Translations under genes and position numbers: made by a program
Notes under the pieces: generated by a model
Databases searched by the model: none
Told to the model about the DNA's origin: nothing
Seen by the model: only the letters and a program-made list of their open reading frames with translations
Assembly: GCA_963803145.1 (NCBI GenBank)
Contig: CAWDLW010000016.1
Coordinates: 64,001 to 128,000, forward strand
Direction of reading: 5' to 3'
Length of the DNA stretch: 64,000 nt
Origin: Methanotrichaceae archaeon
GTDB lineage: Archaea; Halobacteriota; Methanosarcinia; Methanotrichales; Methanotrichaceae
In this document: positions 10,101 through 21,323 of the stretch, piece by piece
Layout of the letters: every line of letters starts with the position of its first letter
How positions within the stretch are numbered: the stretch's first letter is position 1

Positions 10101-10889
10101 TTATCCTAAAGTAAGATCGATAAGCTCGTATTTCAGGCCCTCTGATTCAAGGCGGTTGAGCAGATTCGGGATCTGTTCATCAACGCTTACCACCAGAGAG
10201 CTGATTCCATGATAAGCCGACTCTACGGCCGACTCTTTCGCTCCAAATACGACATCTGGCTCACGTCCAGCCTTTCTGAGCGCCACAAGAGCCTCTATTC
10301 CAAGACAGCCCACAATCTTATTTCTTAAGAGAACCTTCGATAGAGCATTCAGGTCCACTTTACGCGAGCCGCCCAATTGAGAGCGTGGCACTTTGCATAC
10401 GGTTATCTTTCCTTCTTCGAGGCCGATAAGCCCATGCAGGTCGGATACGCCAACATCTTCGCCCGCTTTCACATCGGATATAGTTATGCCGCTAGCATCT
10501 ATACCTATCTTCTTGCTCGCATAGAGGAGTCCATCCATCATTTCCAGTGATACCCTCTCGCCCTCTGATAGATCGATCTCAGCTATTGCTGTCCAGACAG
10601 AGACGTGGGCAATTACCTCCTCCATAACCACGCGGGCATAACGCTTCAGCTCAGCTGCACTCTCCAGGAGCCATTCGACGCCCTCTTTGGTTATATTATA
10701 GCGCATTCTGCCGTCTGTAGTGACAAGTCCGTCTGCCACAAGTTCTTTGATATACTCGGAGATCGCCTGAGGAGTGACCCCCAGCCGATCAGCGACCTCC
10801 TTCTGGCGCAGATTGGGCTGATGCGCAGCTATTTCTACAAGTATCTGAAAACGAGAACTTTCGCGCTTGCTTTGGAGGACGTTGGCCAT
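10101..10889 (-). CDS. Winged-helix transcriptional regulator (COG1497-like)
   Basis: QKEVADRLGVTPQAISEYIKEL HTH followed by RYNITKEGVE. Confidence 0.85.
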   Translation of the reverse strand: MANVLQSKRESSRFQILVEIAAHQPNLRQKEVADRLGVTPQAISEYIKELVADGLVTTDGRMRYNITKEGVEWLLESAAELKRYARVVMEEVIAHVSVWTAIAEIDLSEGERVSLEMMDGLLYASKKIGIDASGITISDVKAGEDVGVSDLHGLIGLEEGKITVCKVPRSQLGGSRKVDLNALSKVLLRNKIVGCLGIEALVALRKAGREPDVVFGAKESAVESAYHGISSLVVSVDEQIPNLLNRLESEGLKYELIDLTLG

Positions 10890-10897
10890 TTCGATTT

Positions 10898-11416
10898 TCA
10901 GTGCTCCTCATCATAAAGCTCTATTCTCTGCCCCCTCACTGCCAGATTCTCAGCTCTCTTTGCAACACCCTTTAGAAAGACCTGGCTTAGATTCATCTCT
11001 CTTGATAGATTGGACAGTGAATTGTTGCCCGCCATTACCTGCTTTTGCAGACTCTCAATTACATCACGCAAGTCTTCATCTGACATGAAGGTCAAGCCAA
11101 TGATTTCACTCAGATCCTCCATGGAAGCTCCGAAGCTGGCCTGGATGCGGGAATAAGTGGAATGATATTCCTTCTCGGGGCTTCCTCCTGCCTCGGGCGC
11201 CCTCCACTTAGTCTCAATCAGGCCGCTCTTTCGAAGCAGAGACACGCTTCTATGGACAGTGCTCTTGTCTCCAACGGCCTCAACTAGCTCACGCTCGGTA
11301 TGCCAGCCTTTACAAAGCTCATCGAAGACCTTTTTGTGAACCTCCGAGCCGAATGCCTGCAAAAGTGGGACTAGGTCGGAGGGATCATTGATGATTCGAG
11401 TTCTCTTTCCGTTCAC
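10898..11416 (-). CDS. Conserved methanogen ArsR-like wHTH protein
   Basis: RTRIINDPSDLVPLL...LIETKWR..PEKEYH pattern; adjacent to and co-oriented with the COG1497 gene. Confidence 0.75.
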   Translation of the reverse strand: MNGKRTRIINDPSDLVPLLQAFGSEVHKKVFDELCKGWHTERELVEAVGDKSTVHRSVSLLRKSGLIETKWRAPEAGGSPEKEYHSTYSRIQASFGASMEDLSEIIGLTFMSDEDLRDVIESLQKQVMAGNNSLSNLSREMNLSQVFLKGVAKRAENLAVRGQRIELYDEEH

Positions 11417-11534
11417 AAAGAATCTCCTTTGGGCATTATCCTTTAGATTTGATAAGGCTTTTGAGGGACATTATACAATATATATGGATTTTATATCTCC
11501 GTTGAATATGAATTTGGTAAATGTATCCCTCGCC

Positions 11535-13442
11535 TCAGATCATCCTGATAGTCTCTAGATTCATAGGAGCCATAGTAGGGATCCTGTATCTCTTGTAAAC
11601 AGAGCTAGCCAGATCAAGGCAGTTGCCTTCCTCGCCGTGGTTTGTCAGGACTCGTCCTGGCTTCGGGTATACCCTGCGGATATACTCCATGAGCTGGTTT
11701 CGATCAGAGTGCCCTGAGAAGCCATCCACAGTTGTCACCTCAAGATTGATCTTTACGGTTTGAGTCTTGCCCTCCACAGATAATGGAAGTTCCTTCCAGC
11801 CCTTCTGGATGCGCCGCCCCAGTGTGCCTTCTGCCTGATATCCAACTATGACAAGTGTGTTCTTCTCGTCAGGTCCGAGCCTCTTCAAGTATTCCATTAT
11901 AGGCCCTCCGTTAAGCATGCCGCTTGTTGCAAGTATGACACACGGAGGCCCCTCAATTATGTTCGTTCTTTGGTTGGGGGTCTCAACCTGCACAAAGCAC
12001 TCTGAGAGGAATGGATTGATACCCTTATGGAATATCAGCTCTCGCAGATCGTTGTTCAGATATTCGGGATAAGTCGTATGAATTGCAGTCGCCTCATAGA
12101 TCATGCCATCCAGATAGACAGGCACCTCATCCACCGTCTTCCTGCGTATCGCCTCCTCTAGGACTATCATGACCTCTTGGCTTCTGCCCACAGCAAACGC
12201 AGGAATTATGACCTTTCCGCCTCGTTTAATAGTATCCCGAACGACATTGATGAGATTTGTCTCAGCATCCTTACGAGACGGCTGGATGCTATTAGCTCCT
12301 CCATAGGTAGCTTCTGTTATCAGCGTCTCAAGCCTCGGGAAGTTGCTTACGGCGGGGTCAAAGAGCCTAGTCCTCTCGAATTTGAAGTCGCCTGTGAAGG
12401 CCACGTTGTAAAGCCCGTCTCCGATATGGAAGTGAGCAATGGAAGATCCAAGGATGTGGCCGGCGTTATGCATTGTGAGCTTGGTATCTGGAGCAATATC
12501 CGTAACATCCCCATAGTTGAGGGTAATGGTATGCTTTAGCGCCTGGCGGATCATGCTGGAGTCATAAGGTAGCCTCTTTCCCTCGCGCCCTGCCACCTCT
12601 ATGTAATCCAGTTGTAGTAGCACGAAGAGATCCCGCGTAGGCGGAGTGCAATAGATGGGCCCTTCATAACCGTACTTGTAAAGCATCGGCACAAGGCCCG
12701 CGTGATCTAAGTGGGCATGTGTGAGAACAACTGCGTCAATCTGATTGAGAGGATAAACCTCTGGAACGTAAAGGTACGGTGTTGCCGAATCATCTGAGCC
12801 CACATTTATGCCGCAGTCGATGATTATTCTGGACTCTGGTGTTGACAGAAGCATACAGCTTCTACCAACCTCACGGCATCCGCCGAGTGTTGATATCCTC
12901 ACCCACTGATCTTTTGAAGCTAGGTCTCTGTGTATTTTTCTGCCTACTGTTCTTAATATGCTTTTGCGTTCATTTTGGACACTTCTTAGGTAATCCTTTA
13001 TGTTCGCTATTGTTGACGAACGTACAGGCGGTGTTCTGACAACCTTAGGGGTCCAGCCTATCATTTTTGTTATCTCGCGTAAAGTAGCACCATGGCGACC
13101 TATGACAAGGCCGGGCTTTTCTGCCTCGATCACAACCTCCCCTGTCTCGCCATCAAAAAAATAATCAGAGATTGCTGCCTCTTTTGGCACAACATCCTGA
13201 ATTTTCTTTATAGCTGCCTCAGGCTCTGCCAGCACCTTCAGGTCTGGTCTCACAACGACGCGCTTTCGAAGATCCTTTGCTAAGGATCGGATTATCTCTC
13301 CATCATCCGCCAGGCGTTTTGGATCATCTGTATAGATAACCAGTTCTGGACCCTCGAACTCGAGGCCAGTCACATTTATATCCGGCGGCAGCTTGCTCTG
13401 CACCTTGCGCTTAAGCTCAAAAAGTACCTCTTCAACCGACAA
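11535..13442 (-). CDS. fttA: Beta-CASP ribonuclease aCPSF1 (transcription termination factor FttA)
   Basis: N-terminal KH domains (LVIGRHG), [14 protein letters not shown] and FSGHSD; next to psmB, which is conserved synteny. Confidence 0.96.
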   Translation of the reverse strand: MSVEEVLFELKRKVQSKLPPDINVTGLEFEGPELVIYTDDPKRLADDGEIIRSLAKDLRKRVVVRPDLKVLAEPEAAIKKIQDVVPKEAAISDYFFDGETGEVVIEAEKPGLVIGRHGATLREITKMIGWTPKVVRTPPVRSSTIANIKDYLRSVQNERKSILRTVGRKIHRDLASKDQWVRISTLGGCREVGRSCMLLSTPESRIIIDCGINVGSDDSATPYLYVPEVYPLNQIDAVVLTHAHLDHAGLVPMLYKYGYEGPIYCTPPTRDLFVLLQLDYIEVAGREGKRLPYDSSMIRQALKHTITLNYGDVTDIAPDTKLTMHNAGHILGSSIAHFHIGDGLYNVAFTGDFKFERTRLFDPAVSNFPRLETLITEATYGGANSIQPSRKDAETNLINVVRDTIKRGGKVIIPAFAVGRSQEVMIVLEEAIRRKTVDEVPVYLDGMIYEATAIHTTYPEYLNNDLRELIFHKGINPFLSECFVQVETPNQRTNIIEGPPCVILATSGMLNGGPIMEYLKRLGPDEKNTLVIVGYQAEGTLGRRIQKGWKELPLSVEGKTQTVKINLEVTTVDGFSGHSDRNQLMEYIRRVYPKPGRVLTNHGEEGNCLDLASSVYKRYRIPTMAPMNLETIRMI

Positions 13443-13461
13443 TAGAACACACCCAAAAAAG

Positions 13462-14085
13462 TTAAAGTAACTTCATTATCTCCTGGTTCTCTAGCTCGCC
13501 GACCTCCTCATATTTATCTTTGGTAATCCTGACGAGCTCTATCTTATTGCCAGATGCAGAGTCCCTCTTCATGGCATTATGTATGGCTCTAGCAGCTAGC
13601 GTAGTTCCTTCCTCGATGCTTATGCCAGGGCGATACATCGACTCAAGAACACCGTATGCTATGGGTGATCCAGATCCTGTGGAGACTACTTTCTTCTCCT
13701 CAATTTGGCCGCCCAGAGCATCAAGGGAATATATTTTAGGTCCATACCTGTCCACACCACCCAAGATTAGCTGTACATAGAATGGGTAGTATCTCCTTGA
13801 GGAGAGGATATTGGATAGCATCGTAGTAAGGGCCTTCACACTCATGGGCTCGCCCCTCTGCATTCTATAAAGCCTCGATTCGACCTGAACCATTCGAACA
13901 AGCGCCTGCGCATCACCTACTACGCCTGCTGTTGTCATTCCTATTAAATCATCGACCTGATAGATCTTCTTGGCTGTAGTGCTGGCTATAAAATTGCCCA
14001 TGGTAGCACGACTCTCCGATGCGAGAACTACACCACCATCGCAGAGTATACCTACCGTAGTTGTACCTTTGAACACCTCTACCAT
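13462..14085 (-). CDS. psmB: Proteasome subunit beta
   Basis: Short propeptide followed by GTTTVG, plus GSGSPIAYG and RDSASG. Confidence 0.97.
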   Translation of the reverse strand: MVEVFKGTTTVGILCDGGVVLASESRATMGNFIASTTAKKIYQVDDLIGMTTAGVVGDAQALVRMVQVESRLYRMQRGEPMSVKALTTMLSNILSSRRYYPFYVQLILGGVDRYGPKIYSLDALGGQIEEKKVVSTGSGSPIAYGVLESMYRPGISIEEGTTLAARAIHNAMKRDSASGNKIELVRITKDKYEEVGELENQEIMKLL

Positions 14086-14209
14086 CTAATTACCTCAACT
14101 AAAATCAGAAAACGGATAAGATCTCATTTCCTTCTACGATATATATACTTTCCGCCGCAGGGTCTCAGCATACGAACTCTAGAAATATCAATAGCGTTCA
14201 TGCGGTAGT

Positions 14210-15028
14210 GTGATCAATGGACTGAGCGACTGGATATATAGATACTACGTATATCCCATAATTTACGACACAGGTTATAATCCAGTAGATACAGTTACCT
14301 GGGCCATCATTCTCGGGATAGCGGTTCTAGGCTTGATCAGGCTCTTTCGCAAGCTGGACCTTCGTATGGATGAAGGTCTCATTCTATATACTCTGCCATA
14401 TATATTCGCAGGCTCAAGCCTTAGGGTGATCGAGGATACTGGGCTGGTAGCACCTCCTTGGAGATATCTTCTTATAACGCCTTTGATCTACTTCCTGGTC
14501 TTCATGGTGACATTCACATCACTACTACTAAACAGGAAGATCTTTGGAAAGGATTTCTATAAAGGATATGCTGCAATCGGTATTATCTGGACAATCCTCA
14601 ATATCTCAGCCTTAGCAGCAATAGGCTTCAAAAATGCCTGGGTAATCGTACTCATCTTCGGCTTAGGCTCGGGCTTTGCCGGATCGTTATACATTCTAAG
14701 ACTGGGAGTCCCATGGCTGGGGTTCCTAGATGATAATTATAACATGATGATAATTTATGCTCATATGCTTGATGCCAGCTCAACCTACATCGGAGTTGAC
14801 TGGTTCGGATACTACGAGAAGCATGTAGTTCCAACCTTTATTATCAACCTGACAGGAACTGCAGCAATAATGTATCCATTGAAGCTGCTGGTGCTGCTGC
14901 CTGCTCTGAGCATGATCGATAAGAGCTTGGGAGATCCATCGCTCAGAAACCTAGCGAAGCTTGTCCTTATAACATTAGGCTTAGCTCCTGCAGTAAGGAA
15001 CACCCTGCGCCTTGCCTTGGGAATTTGA
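14210..15028 (+). CDS. DUF63 family membrane protein
   Basis: GYNPVDT, LRVIED, HMLDASST, YYEKHV and LGLAPAVRN. Confidence 0.88.
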   Translation: MINGLSDWIYRYYVYPIIYDTGYNPVDTVTWAIILGIAVLGLIRLFRKLDLRMDEGLILYTLPYIFAGSSLRVIEDTGLVAPPWRYLLITPLIYFLVFMVTFTSLLLNRKIFGKDFYKGYAAIGIIWTILNISALAAIGFKNAWVIVLIFGLGSGFAGSLYILRLGVPWLGFLDDNYNMMIIYAHMLDASSTYIGVDWFGYYEKHVVPTFIINLTGTAAIMYPLKLLVLLPALSMIDKSLGDPSLRNLAKLVLITLGLAPAVRNTLRLALGI

Positions 15029-15053
15029 ATGAGGATAAGAGAAGCGCAGAATT

Positions 15054-16871
15054 TTATTCTGCGTTCGCTCTCTGGATCTCAATCTTATCGCCTTGTTTCA
15101 GTCTTCTCAATATTTGCTTGGCCATTTCTGAAGATTTGGCGACCTTGATGTCGCCCTTGCGGCCGACAGTTGCGGTGAATATAAGATCGCCACCTACGTA
15201 AACATCCACAGGTTCGCCCATGCACTCGTTCAGCCAGATAATGATATGTCTTGTGGTCTCCTCCACTTTGGGAACAAGTTCTCCCTCACAGGCATCCTCG
15301 CGAGTGCGAACATCTATATGCATACCAAGGGTCTTCTCTATCTGCTCGATGTTGCGACCTGATTTCCCTATGACTTTGGCGGCATCTTGCTGAGGAACAT
15401 GGATCACGGCGCTTGAATCTGTGAGCATTTGAACATCGACGGGCCCTCGAACATGATGGGCAATCTCCTTCTCTATCTCCCGCGATGCCAGTTTCCAAGA
15501 GGGCTTATGGGGCATCATCTTCACTGGCATAACCACGATCTGCTCGCCATAGGTATACATTTCATACTCGGCAACGCCAGTCTCAAAATCCTTTACGACA
15601 ATAACTGGCCTCGCCAAATCGACCTCCGTCATGCCTGCAGGGACCTTAACGACGAACTCGATATCATAAACCTTTGTGACCTCACCCTTCTCTATAAAGA
15701 TCACAGTATCCACGACCTGAGGTATCATGCCAAGCTCGATTCGGCCCAGTAGGCGCTGCAAGGCATCTATCGGCTTATTGGCATGAACAACTCCTATCAT
15801 TCCCACGCCTGCAAGCCGCATATCTGCGAAGACGCGGAAGTCGTTGGTCTTCCTGACCTCATCGTAGATTGTATAATCTGGACGAACGAGCAGTAGTATG
15901 TCTGCGGATGCCTCCATGCTGCCTTCAAGAGGGCCATATTGCGTGATCTCAGGAGGAACCTGTAGGTCCCGTGGAGATTCAAGGGTCTTTACAACGTAAT
16001 TACACTTCAGCAGGTACTCGGCTACACCTGCGGCGAAAGTTGATTTCCCTGAGCCCGGCGGCCCTGCGATGAGAAGACCTCGCTGGCTTGATCTTAGGCG
16101 CTCCTTCAGCTCTGCGCTATGTTTGTAGGAATCAAGATCGACCTTTGCGACAGGCCGCACCGCTGTTATTTCCAGGCCATCTGAGAAGGGTGGCTTCGTT
16201 ATGGCTATCCTCATCGTCCCAAGCTGGATGACTGACGCGCCCATCTTCTCGATTTCCACAGAGCCATCAGGATCGACCTTCACTCTTTCGAAGATCTCTC
16301 TGGAGACGTCTCGAAGCTCTTTATCGCTAAGTGGCTTATCACCCAAACGGACCAAGCTGAAATCCCCGACTTTCCCTCGCTTGGCCATTGGAACTGCGCC
16401 TTCCTTAAGGTGAACGGAGAGCGTATCCTCTGTAAAGTACCTCTCAAGGGAGATTGGCTTGATAGCCTCTCTTTGTGGGCGCACATACTCAACATTGAGG
16501 CCCATCGCCTGTGCGACCCTATACTGGACCTGATCGCTTGTCATAAATGAGGCGCCAAGCTCAAGGGCTACATCCCTTATCATAGCGTCTATCTCGCCGC
16601 CTCCTGCGAGCTTAATCTGATCTAGGTTCGGCCTGATTCCAACATACTCAAGCTCAATTTTTCCGGACTTTGCAAGCTCAGATAGCCTCCTGAGTTCCTC
16701 AAGCCCTTTAAGGCCCGTTTCCCTTCCATGATTTGCCTGTGCCTCAAGCTCTGCTACGACTGCCTCAGGGATTACGATTCTCCTTCCTAGAAGATCGCCT
16801 GCTTTTACCCTGGCAGATATCCTGCCGTCTATAACTACGCTGGTATCTGGCACCAATTGTTGCGCCATCAT
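15054..16871 (-). CDS. PIN-domain ATPase with KH domain (PINA, PINc/VapC family ATPase)
   Basis: N-terminal VPDTSVVIDG PIN domain, GPPGSGKST, IYDEVRK and C-terminal KH VIGKSG. Confidence 0.93.
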   Translation of the reverse strand: MMAQQLVPDTSVVIDGRISARVKAGDLLGRRIVIPEAVVAELEAQANHGRETGLKGLEELRRLSELAKSGKIELEYVGIRPNLDQIKLAGGGEIDAMIRDVALELGASFMTSDQVQYRVAQAMGLNVEYVRPQREAIKPISLERYFTEDTLSVHLKEGAVPMAKRGKVGDFSLVRLGDKPLSDKELRDVSREIFERVKVDPDGSVEIEKMGASVIQLGTMRIAITKPPFSDGLEITAVRPVAKVDLDSYKHSAELKERLRSSQRGLLIAGPPGSGKSTFAAGVAEYLLKCNYVVKTLESPRDLQVPPEITQYGPLEGSMEASADILLLVRPDYTIYDEVRKTNDFRVFADMRLAGVGMIGVVHANKPIDALQRLLGRIELGMIPQVVDTVIFIEKGEVTKVYDIEFVVKVPAGMTEVDLARPVIVVKDFETGVAEYEMYTYGEQIVVMPVKMMPHKPSWKLASREIEKEIAHHVRGPVDVQMLTDSSAVIHVPQQDAAKVIGKSGRNIEQIEKTLGMHIDVRTREDACEGELVPKVEETTRHIIIWLNECMGEPVDVYVGGDLIFTATVGRKGDIKVAKSSEMAKQILRRLKQGDKIEIQRANAE

Positions 16872-16920
16872 CTATAACATCCTTTTAATTATCAATTTAT
16901 CCATTAAGTCTAAAATAAAG

Positions 16921-17604
16921 CTAGAGATATACTATATCCATCTTTCGCTTTTTAGCAATCCATTCCAGAATATAGTCTATATCCATTTGTCGCCTGATCT
17001 GTTTGTTCGCTGCTATGAACAAGATTGGCCTCTCCTTAAGAACACCTGTAATCTTCTGAGATGCCAGAGGCCCGAATCCAGGGTCAAGCCTCCTGAGAAT
17101 ACAAAGTTTCAGATCGCTCGGCGTAAAGGTTCCATCCAATTCATATCCGAACTCTATACAAATGTTTCCGGGCTTCTGGCTCATTCTAAAAGATGCTTTA
17201 TAGCTGGCAAAGCGTTTCTTATCATACAGCTTTCTATCTTCGAACGCTGGCTTGAGATCCTCATCGAGGATTGCATTAGCAAGGCTTTCTAGATCCTTCT
17301 GGGCCTTTTGAGAGTACTCTGTGCAGCCTGCCATCTTGAGAGTTCCTAATCGATCCAAAGAAAGCCTATTGGCATGGCAATAATCGCAGCTATCAATGGT
17401 ACAGAGATCATCTAATGTAGGGAATGAAGATAGAGCATAATTATCGCAACCTTTGCATTTTATGCTTACTATAGTCCTCTTGTCGAGGAAAGGCATTATA
17501 CCCTCGAGGGCTGCTAATGCTTCTATGGCGCCTGGATCTAACTGTCCCTCAAGGCATCTTTTGATATCTTCTATGGCGATAAGTAGCTCATTGTCCTTTT
17601 CCAT
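16921..17604 (-). CDS. Hypothetical protein with CxxC...CxxC zinc-binding motifs
   Basis: 227-aa ORF with CKGC and CDYC. Confidence 0.6.
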   Translation of the reverse strand: MEKDNELLIAIEDIKRCLEGQLDPGAIEALAALEGIMPFLDKRTIVSIKCKGCDNYALSSFPTLDDLCTIDSCDYCHANRLSLDRLGTLKMAGCTEYSQKAQKDLESLANAILDEDLKPAFEDRKLYDKKRFASYKASFRMSQKPGNICIEFGYELDGTFTPSDLKLCILRRLDPGFGPLASQKITGVLKERPILFIAANKQIRRQMDIDYILEWIAKKRKMDIVYL

Positions 17605-17753
17605 GTATTATCCTTCAGCATAATAGCTCTGCCTTTGGCAAATATGAACCTTAACGTAGCACATGATCTTACATAAAAACCTGCCGTGACTCCGAAAAAT
17701 CTATATCTTCACCTATCCTCCTCGCGGAGAAGAGGAAAGAGGAGGTCAGCCTG

Positions 17754-18290
17754 TTGAAAGAGATTCGAATACACGGCCGTGGAGGTCAGGGATCTGTTAC
17801 TGCGGCCGAATTGATAGCCATTGCAGCCTTTGAGGATAAAAAATTTTCGCAGGCATTCCCCGCATTTGGAGTTGAGCGGAGGGGCGCGCCAGTAATGGCC
17901 TTTGCAAGAATTGCCGATAGGCCAATCAGAATAAGAAGCCAGATCTATGAGCCGGACTATGTTGTCGTCCAGGACGTCACGCTGTTAGATGTGGTCAACG
18001 TCGCCAGCGGCCTTAAGCCCGATGGCAAGATAATAATAAACACCGATAGACCCAAGGAGAATCTGAAGCTCAGTACAAAGGCCGAGGTTGTGACAATAGA
18101 TGCCACAAGGATCGCTATGGATATCCTGGGAAGGCCGATTGTAAATACAACTATGCTGGGGGCATTCTGCGGTGCCACAAAGGAGGTCGGCCTAGATAGC
18201 CTGAATAAGGCGATCTTGGAGAGATTTAAGGGAGAGCTTGGCAGGAAGAACCTGCTTGCGATAAAGACCGCTTATGAGAGGGTTTCCTGA
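17754..18290 (+). CDS. porC: Pyruvate:ferredoxin oxidoreductase gamma subunit
   Basis: [11 protein letters not shown] and [10 protein letters not shown]. Confidence 0.95.
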   Translation: MKEIRIHGRGGQGSVTAAELIAIAAFEDKKFSQAFPAFGVERRGAPVMAFARIADRPIRIRSQIYEPDYVVVQDVTLLDVVNVASGLKPDGKIIINTDRPKENLKLSTKAEVVTIDATRIAMDILGRPIVNTTMLGAFCGATKEVGLDSLNKAILERFKGELGRKNLLAIKTAYERVS

Positions 18291-18622
18291 TGCAGGAACT
18301 GAAGGCAGGCAAATTGGTTAGGCCGGGCAGCACCGCTGATACTAAAACGGGTGCCTGGCGGACATTCGTACCGGAGGTCGAACACAAAAATTGCATAAAA
18401 TGCAGCCTCTGTGAGATCTACTGCCCTGAGGGCAGCGTACATCAGGTTCAAACAGGAGATGTTGAGACACTAACAAAGCTTGGGTACACGACGGAACAGC
18501 AGAAGTCGCTGCCCAAGAATGAGGTGGTCTTCCTCCCGGACCTGAACTATTGCAAAGGATGTGGAATTTGCGCAAATGAATGCCCGCGAAAAGCAATAAC
18601 CATGGTCCTGGAGGAGAAATAA
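18290..18622 (+). CDS. porD: Pyruvate:ferredoxin oxidoreductase delta subunit
   Basis: KTGAWR and two CxxCxxCxxxCP motifs. Confidence 0.93.
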   Translation: MQELKAGKLVRPGSTADTKTGAWRTFVPEVEHKNCIKCSLCEIYCPEGSVHQVQTGDVETLTKLGYTTEQQKSLPKNEVVFLPDLNYCKGCGICANECPRKAITMVLEEK

Positions 18623-19798
18623 ATGATGAAGGTTGTTGAAGGTTCGTATGCTATTGCTCATGCGGTCATGTGCTGCTTGCCGGATGTTATTTCAGCATAT
18701 CCGATAACGCCTCAGACGCATATCGTTGAGCATCTCTCACAGCTGGTTGCGGATGGCGAGCTCAATAGCGAGTTTCTGACGGTCGATTCTGAGTTCTCAG
18801 CGCTCTCGGTACTCGTAGGTGCAAGCGCGATGGGTGCCAGGTGCTACTCTTCGACTACAAGCCAGGGACTTGCGCTGATGTACGAGGTCCTTTATAACGT
18901 CTCAGGCATGCGGCTGCCGATAGTCATGACTGTAGCAAACCGTGCGCTTGGTGCGCCGCTTAACATCTGGAATGACCAGCAGGATTCGATAGGTGCACGC
19001 GATGTCGGATGGCTGCAGATCTATGCGGAAAATGTCCAAGAGGCCGCGGATGCCACGCCTCAGGCGTATAAAATATGCGAGGACCCTGATATACTGACTC
19101 CAATAATGGTCTGCATGGATGGCTTCATCCTGACTCATGTCTACGAGCCGGTAGAGCTTCTTGATAAAGATGCTATCAAGGGATTTCTGCCTGATTTTAA
19201 GCCCGCTAATATTCTAGACCCAGCCAATCCCATAACCTTTGGAGCATTCGCAGATCCCTCGACGTATACTGAGTTCAGGTATCAACAGTATGAGGCGCAG
19301 AAGCGTGCTCTTGTGAAGATAGAAAATGTCGCAAAGGAGTTCGGCGAGACCTTCGGAAGGTACTACGGAGGCCTCATAGACACTTACAGGTCAGATGATG
19401 CTGATATAGTAATAGTGACACTTGGGTCCGTTATAGGCACCATCAAGGATGCAATAGATCAGATGAGATCCGATGGTTTAGCGGTCGGACTTGTCAAAGT
19501 GAGATGCTATAGACCCTTCCCTGTAGAGGCGCTTAGAAAGGCGCTGAAGGATGCGAGCGTTATCGCAGTTCTTGAAAAGGATGTATCGATAGGAAATGAG
19601 GCAGGGCTTCTGGTAGACCTGAAGGCTGCATTCTATAACAGCAAGATAAGAATACCCATCATAGGCTTCACCGCAGGCTTAGGCGGCAGAGACATAACTG
19701 TCAATGACATAAGGAAGATGGTTGATAAGGCTGCTGCAGCTCGCAAAGGAATAGAGCATGAGTTCGAGTTTCTCACTTTGAGAACGGAGATCCTTTAG
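18623..19798 (+). CDS. porA: Pyruvate:ferredoxin oxidoreductase alpha subunit
   Basis: AYPITPQT, SEFSA, TTSQGL and GLGGRD. Confidence 0.95.
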   Translation: MMKVVEGSYAIAHAVMCCLPDVISAYPITPQTHIVEHLSQLVADGELNSEFLTVDSEFSALSVLVGASAMGARCYSSTTSQGLALMYEVLYNVSGMRLPIVMTVANRALGAPLNIWNDQQDSIGARDVGWLQIYAENVQEAADATPQAYKICEDPDILTPIMVCMDGFILTHVYEPVELLDKDAIKGFLPDFKPANILDPANPITFGAFADPSTYTEFRYQQYEAQKRALVKIENVAKEFGETFGRYYGGLIDTYRSDDADIVIVTLGSVIGTIKDAIDQMRSDGLAVGLVKVRCYRPFPVEALRKALKDASVIAVLEKDVSIGNEAGLLVDLKAAFYNSKIRIPIIGFTAGLGGRDITVNDIRKMVDKAAAARKGIEHEFEFLTLRTEIL

Positions 19799-19809
19799 GA
19801 GGACTTAAT

Positions 19810-20685
19810 ATGGAAACTTCACTGCTTGCACCTGGACATAGGGCATGCGCAGGATGTGCCATGCCTACGGCGATCAAGCTTGTCTTAGATGCTTCAGGCC
19901 CAAACACAATCGTAGCCTCGCCGACTAGCTGTCTTGAGGTCACTACAACGCCCTTCCCAGAGAGCGCCTGGTGTGTCCCATGGATTCATTCGTTGTTCGA
20001 GAATGCCGCAGCTGTTGCATCCGGGGTCGAAGTAATGCTGAAGCGAAGGTGCCAAGATACCAATGTAATAGTGATTGGCGGAGATGGAAGCACATTCGAT
20101 ATAGGCATGGGCTCAAACTCAGGAATGTTCGAACGCGGCCACAAGATCCTCTACGTCTGCTACGATAATGAAGCCTACATGAATACTGGAGTTCAGCGCA
20201 GCGGGTCGACTCCTTTCTGCGCTAATACAACTACTACTCCCGCGGGACAACGAAGTATGGGCAATCCCAGGCCCAAGAAGGACATGCCAGCCATAGCGTT
20301 GGCACATAAGGTACCATATGTCGCTACAGCATCGATCGCATATCCGGTTGATTTGAGAAAGAAGGTAAAACGTGCCCTGGAGACACAAGGGCCGTCATAC
20401 ATACAGATAAACGCGCCATGTATTACAGGCTGGACCTTCGAGGCCGGCACAACCGTCGAGATTGCCAGAGCAGCCGTGGAAACGGGGCTATGGCCTCTGC
20501 TTGAGTGGATGAATGGAAATCTAACGGAAGTAAAGAAGATCCGCAGGCCAAAGCCTGTTGAGGATTATCTCAAGCTGCAGGGCAGATACAAGCATCTGTT
20601 CAAGAAGGCTGAGGGTGCGAACGATATAAAGGATATTCAGATGATCGCTACTGAGAACATAGCCAAGTACAAATTGGTTGATTAG
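19810..20685 (+). CDS. porB: Pyruvate:ferredoxin oxidoreductase beta subunit
   Basis: GHRACAGC and TPP-binding GGDG...DNEAYMNTG. Confidence 0.95.
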   Translation: METSLLAPGHRACAGCAMPTAIKLVLDASGPNTIVASPTSCLEVTTTPFPESAWCVPWIHSLFENAAAVASGVEVMLKRRCQDTNVIVIGGDGSTFDIGMGSNSGMFERGHKILYVCYDNEAYMNTGVQRSGSTPFCANTTTTPAGQRSMGNPRPKKDMPAIALAHKVPYVATASIAYPVDLRKKVKRALETQGPSYIQINAPCITGWTFEAGTTVEIARAAVETGLWPLLEWMNGNLTEVKKIRRPKPVEDYLKLQGRYKHLFKKAEGANDIKDIQMIATENIAKYKLVD

Positions 20686-20687
20686 GC

Positions 20688-21323
20688 ATGTACATTGGCC
20701 GGATAGTAATAGTAGGCAAAGCCTACGGATATGCTTGGGCAGGATACAGGGTATCCTCCCGCTCATTTCCCAACCGCCGTGCGGCAATACGTGGCAGAAG
20801 CGTAATTGTCTCGCCCATAAACTCATCGGATCTTGCAAAGAACCCCTATATCGCATACAATTGCATAAGGACGGGAAAGGACTTTGCAGTTGTTGCAAAT
20901 GGAACACAGGCTGACATGATCTTTGAGAAGATCGAAGATGGAGCAAGGCCAATAGAAGCCATTGCATTGAGCCTTGTAGCCTATGGATATGAGCGCGATG
21001 ATTTTGATACGCCTCGCCTGGCAGGGGCTGTTCGGGGGGATATTGCCTGGCTCGGAATAGCAAAGAAAGATGAGTTCCGCTTTAAGGAGTTTCGCTTGGA
21101 TGATGGCGATGCTATTATGGTCGCCACTTACGAAAAGGCTGATTTCGAGCCGGTCGTTGTCACAGGCAAAAATGCAACCGAAATAGCAGAATATGCCTTT
21201 GAGCTGCCATTTGAGAAGCCTGTATGTTCTGCAGCTGCTTTTGCAACAGGTGCATCCAAAGATCAGGGATTCGAGCTTGCTGTCTACAATCCGGCCTCAT
21301 GGAGGGTGAATTATGGAAATTAA
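20688..21323 (+). CDS. purO: IMP cyclohydrolase (archaeal type)
   Basis: MYIGR, YRVSSRSFPNR, NPYIAYNC and YERDDFDTPR. Confidence 0.93.
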   Translation: MYIGRIVIVGKAYGYAWAGYRVSSRSFPNRRAAIRGRSVIVSPINSSDLAKNPYIAYNCIRTGKDFAVVANGTQADMIFEKIEDGARPIEAIALSLVAYGYERDDFDTPRLAGAVRGDIAWLGIAKKDEFRFKEFRLDDGDAIMVATYEKADFEPVVVTGKNATEIAEYAFELPFEKPVCSAAAFATGASKDQGFELAVYNPASWRVNYGN

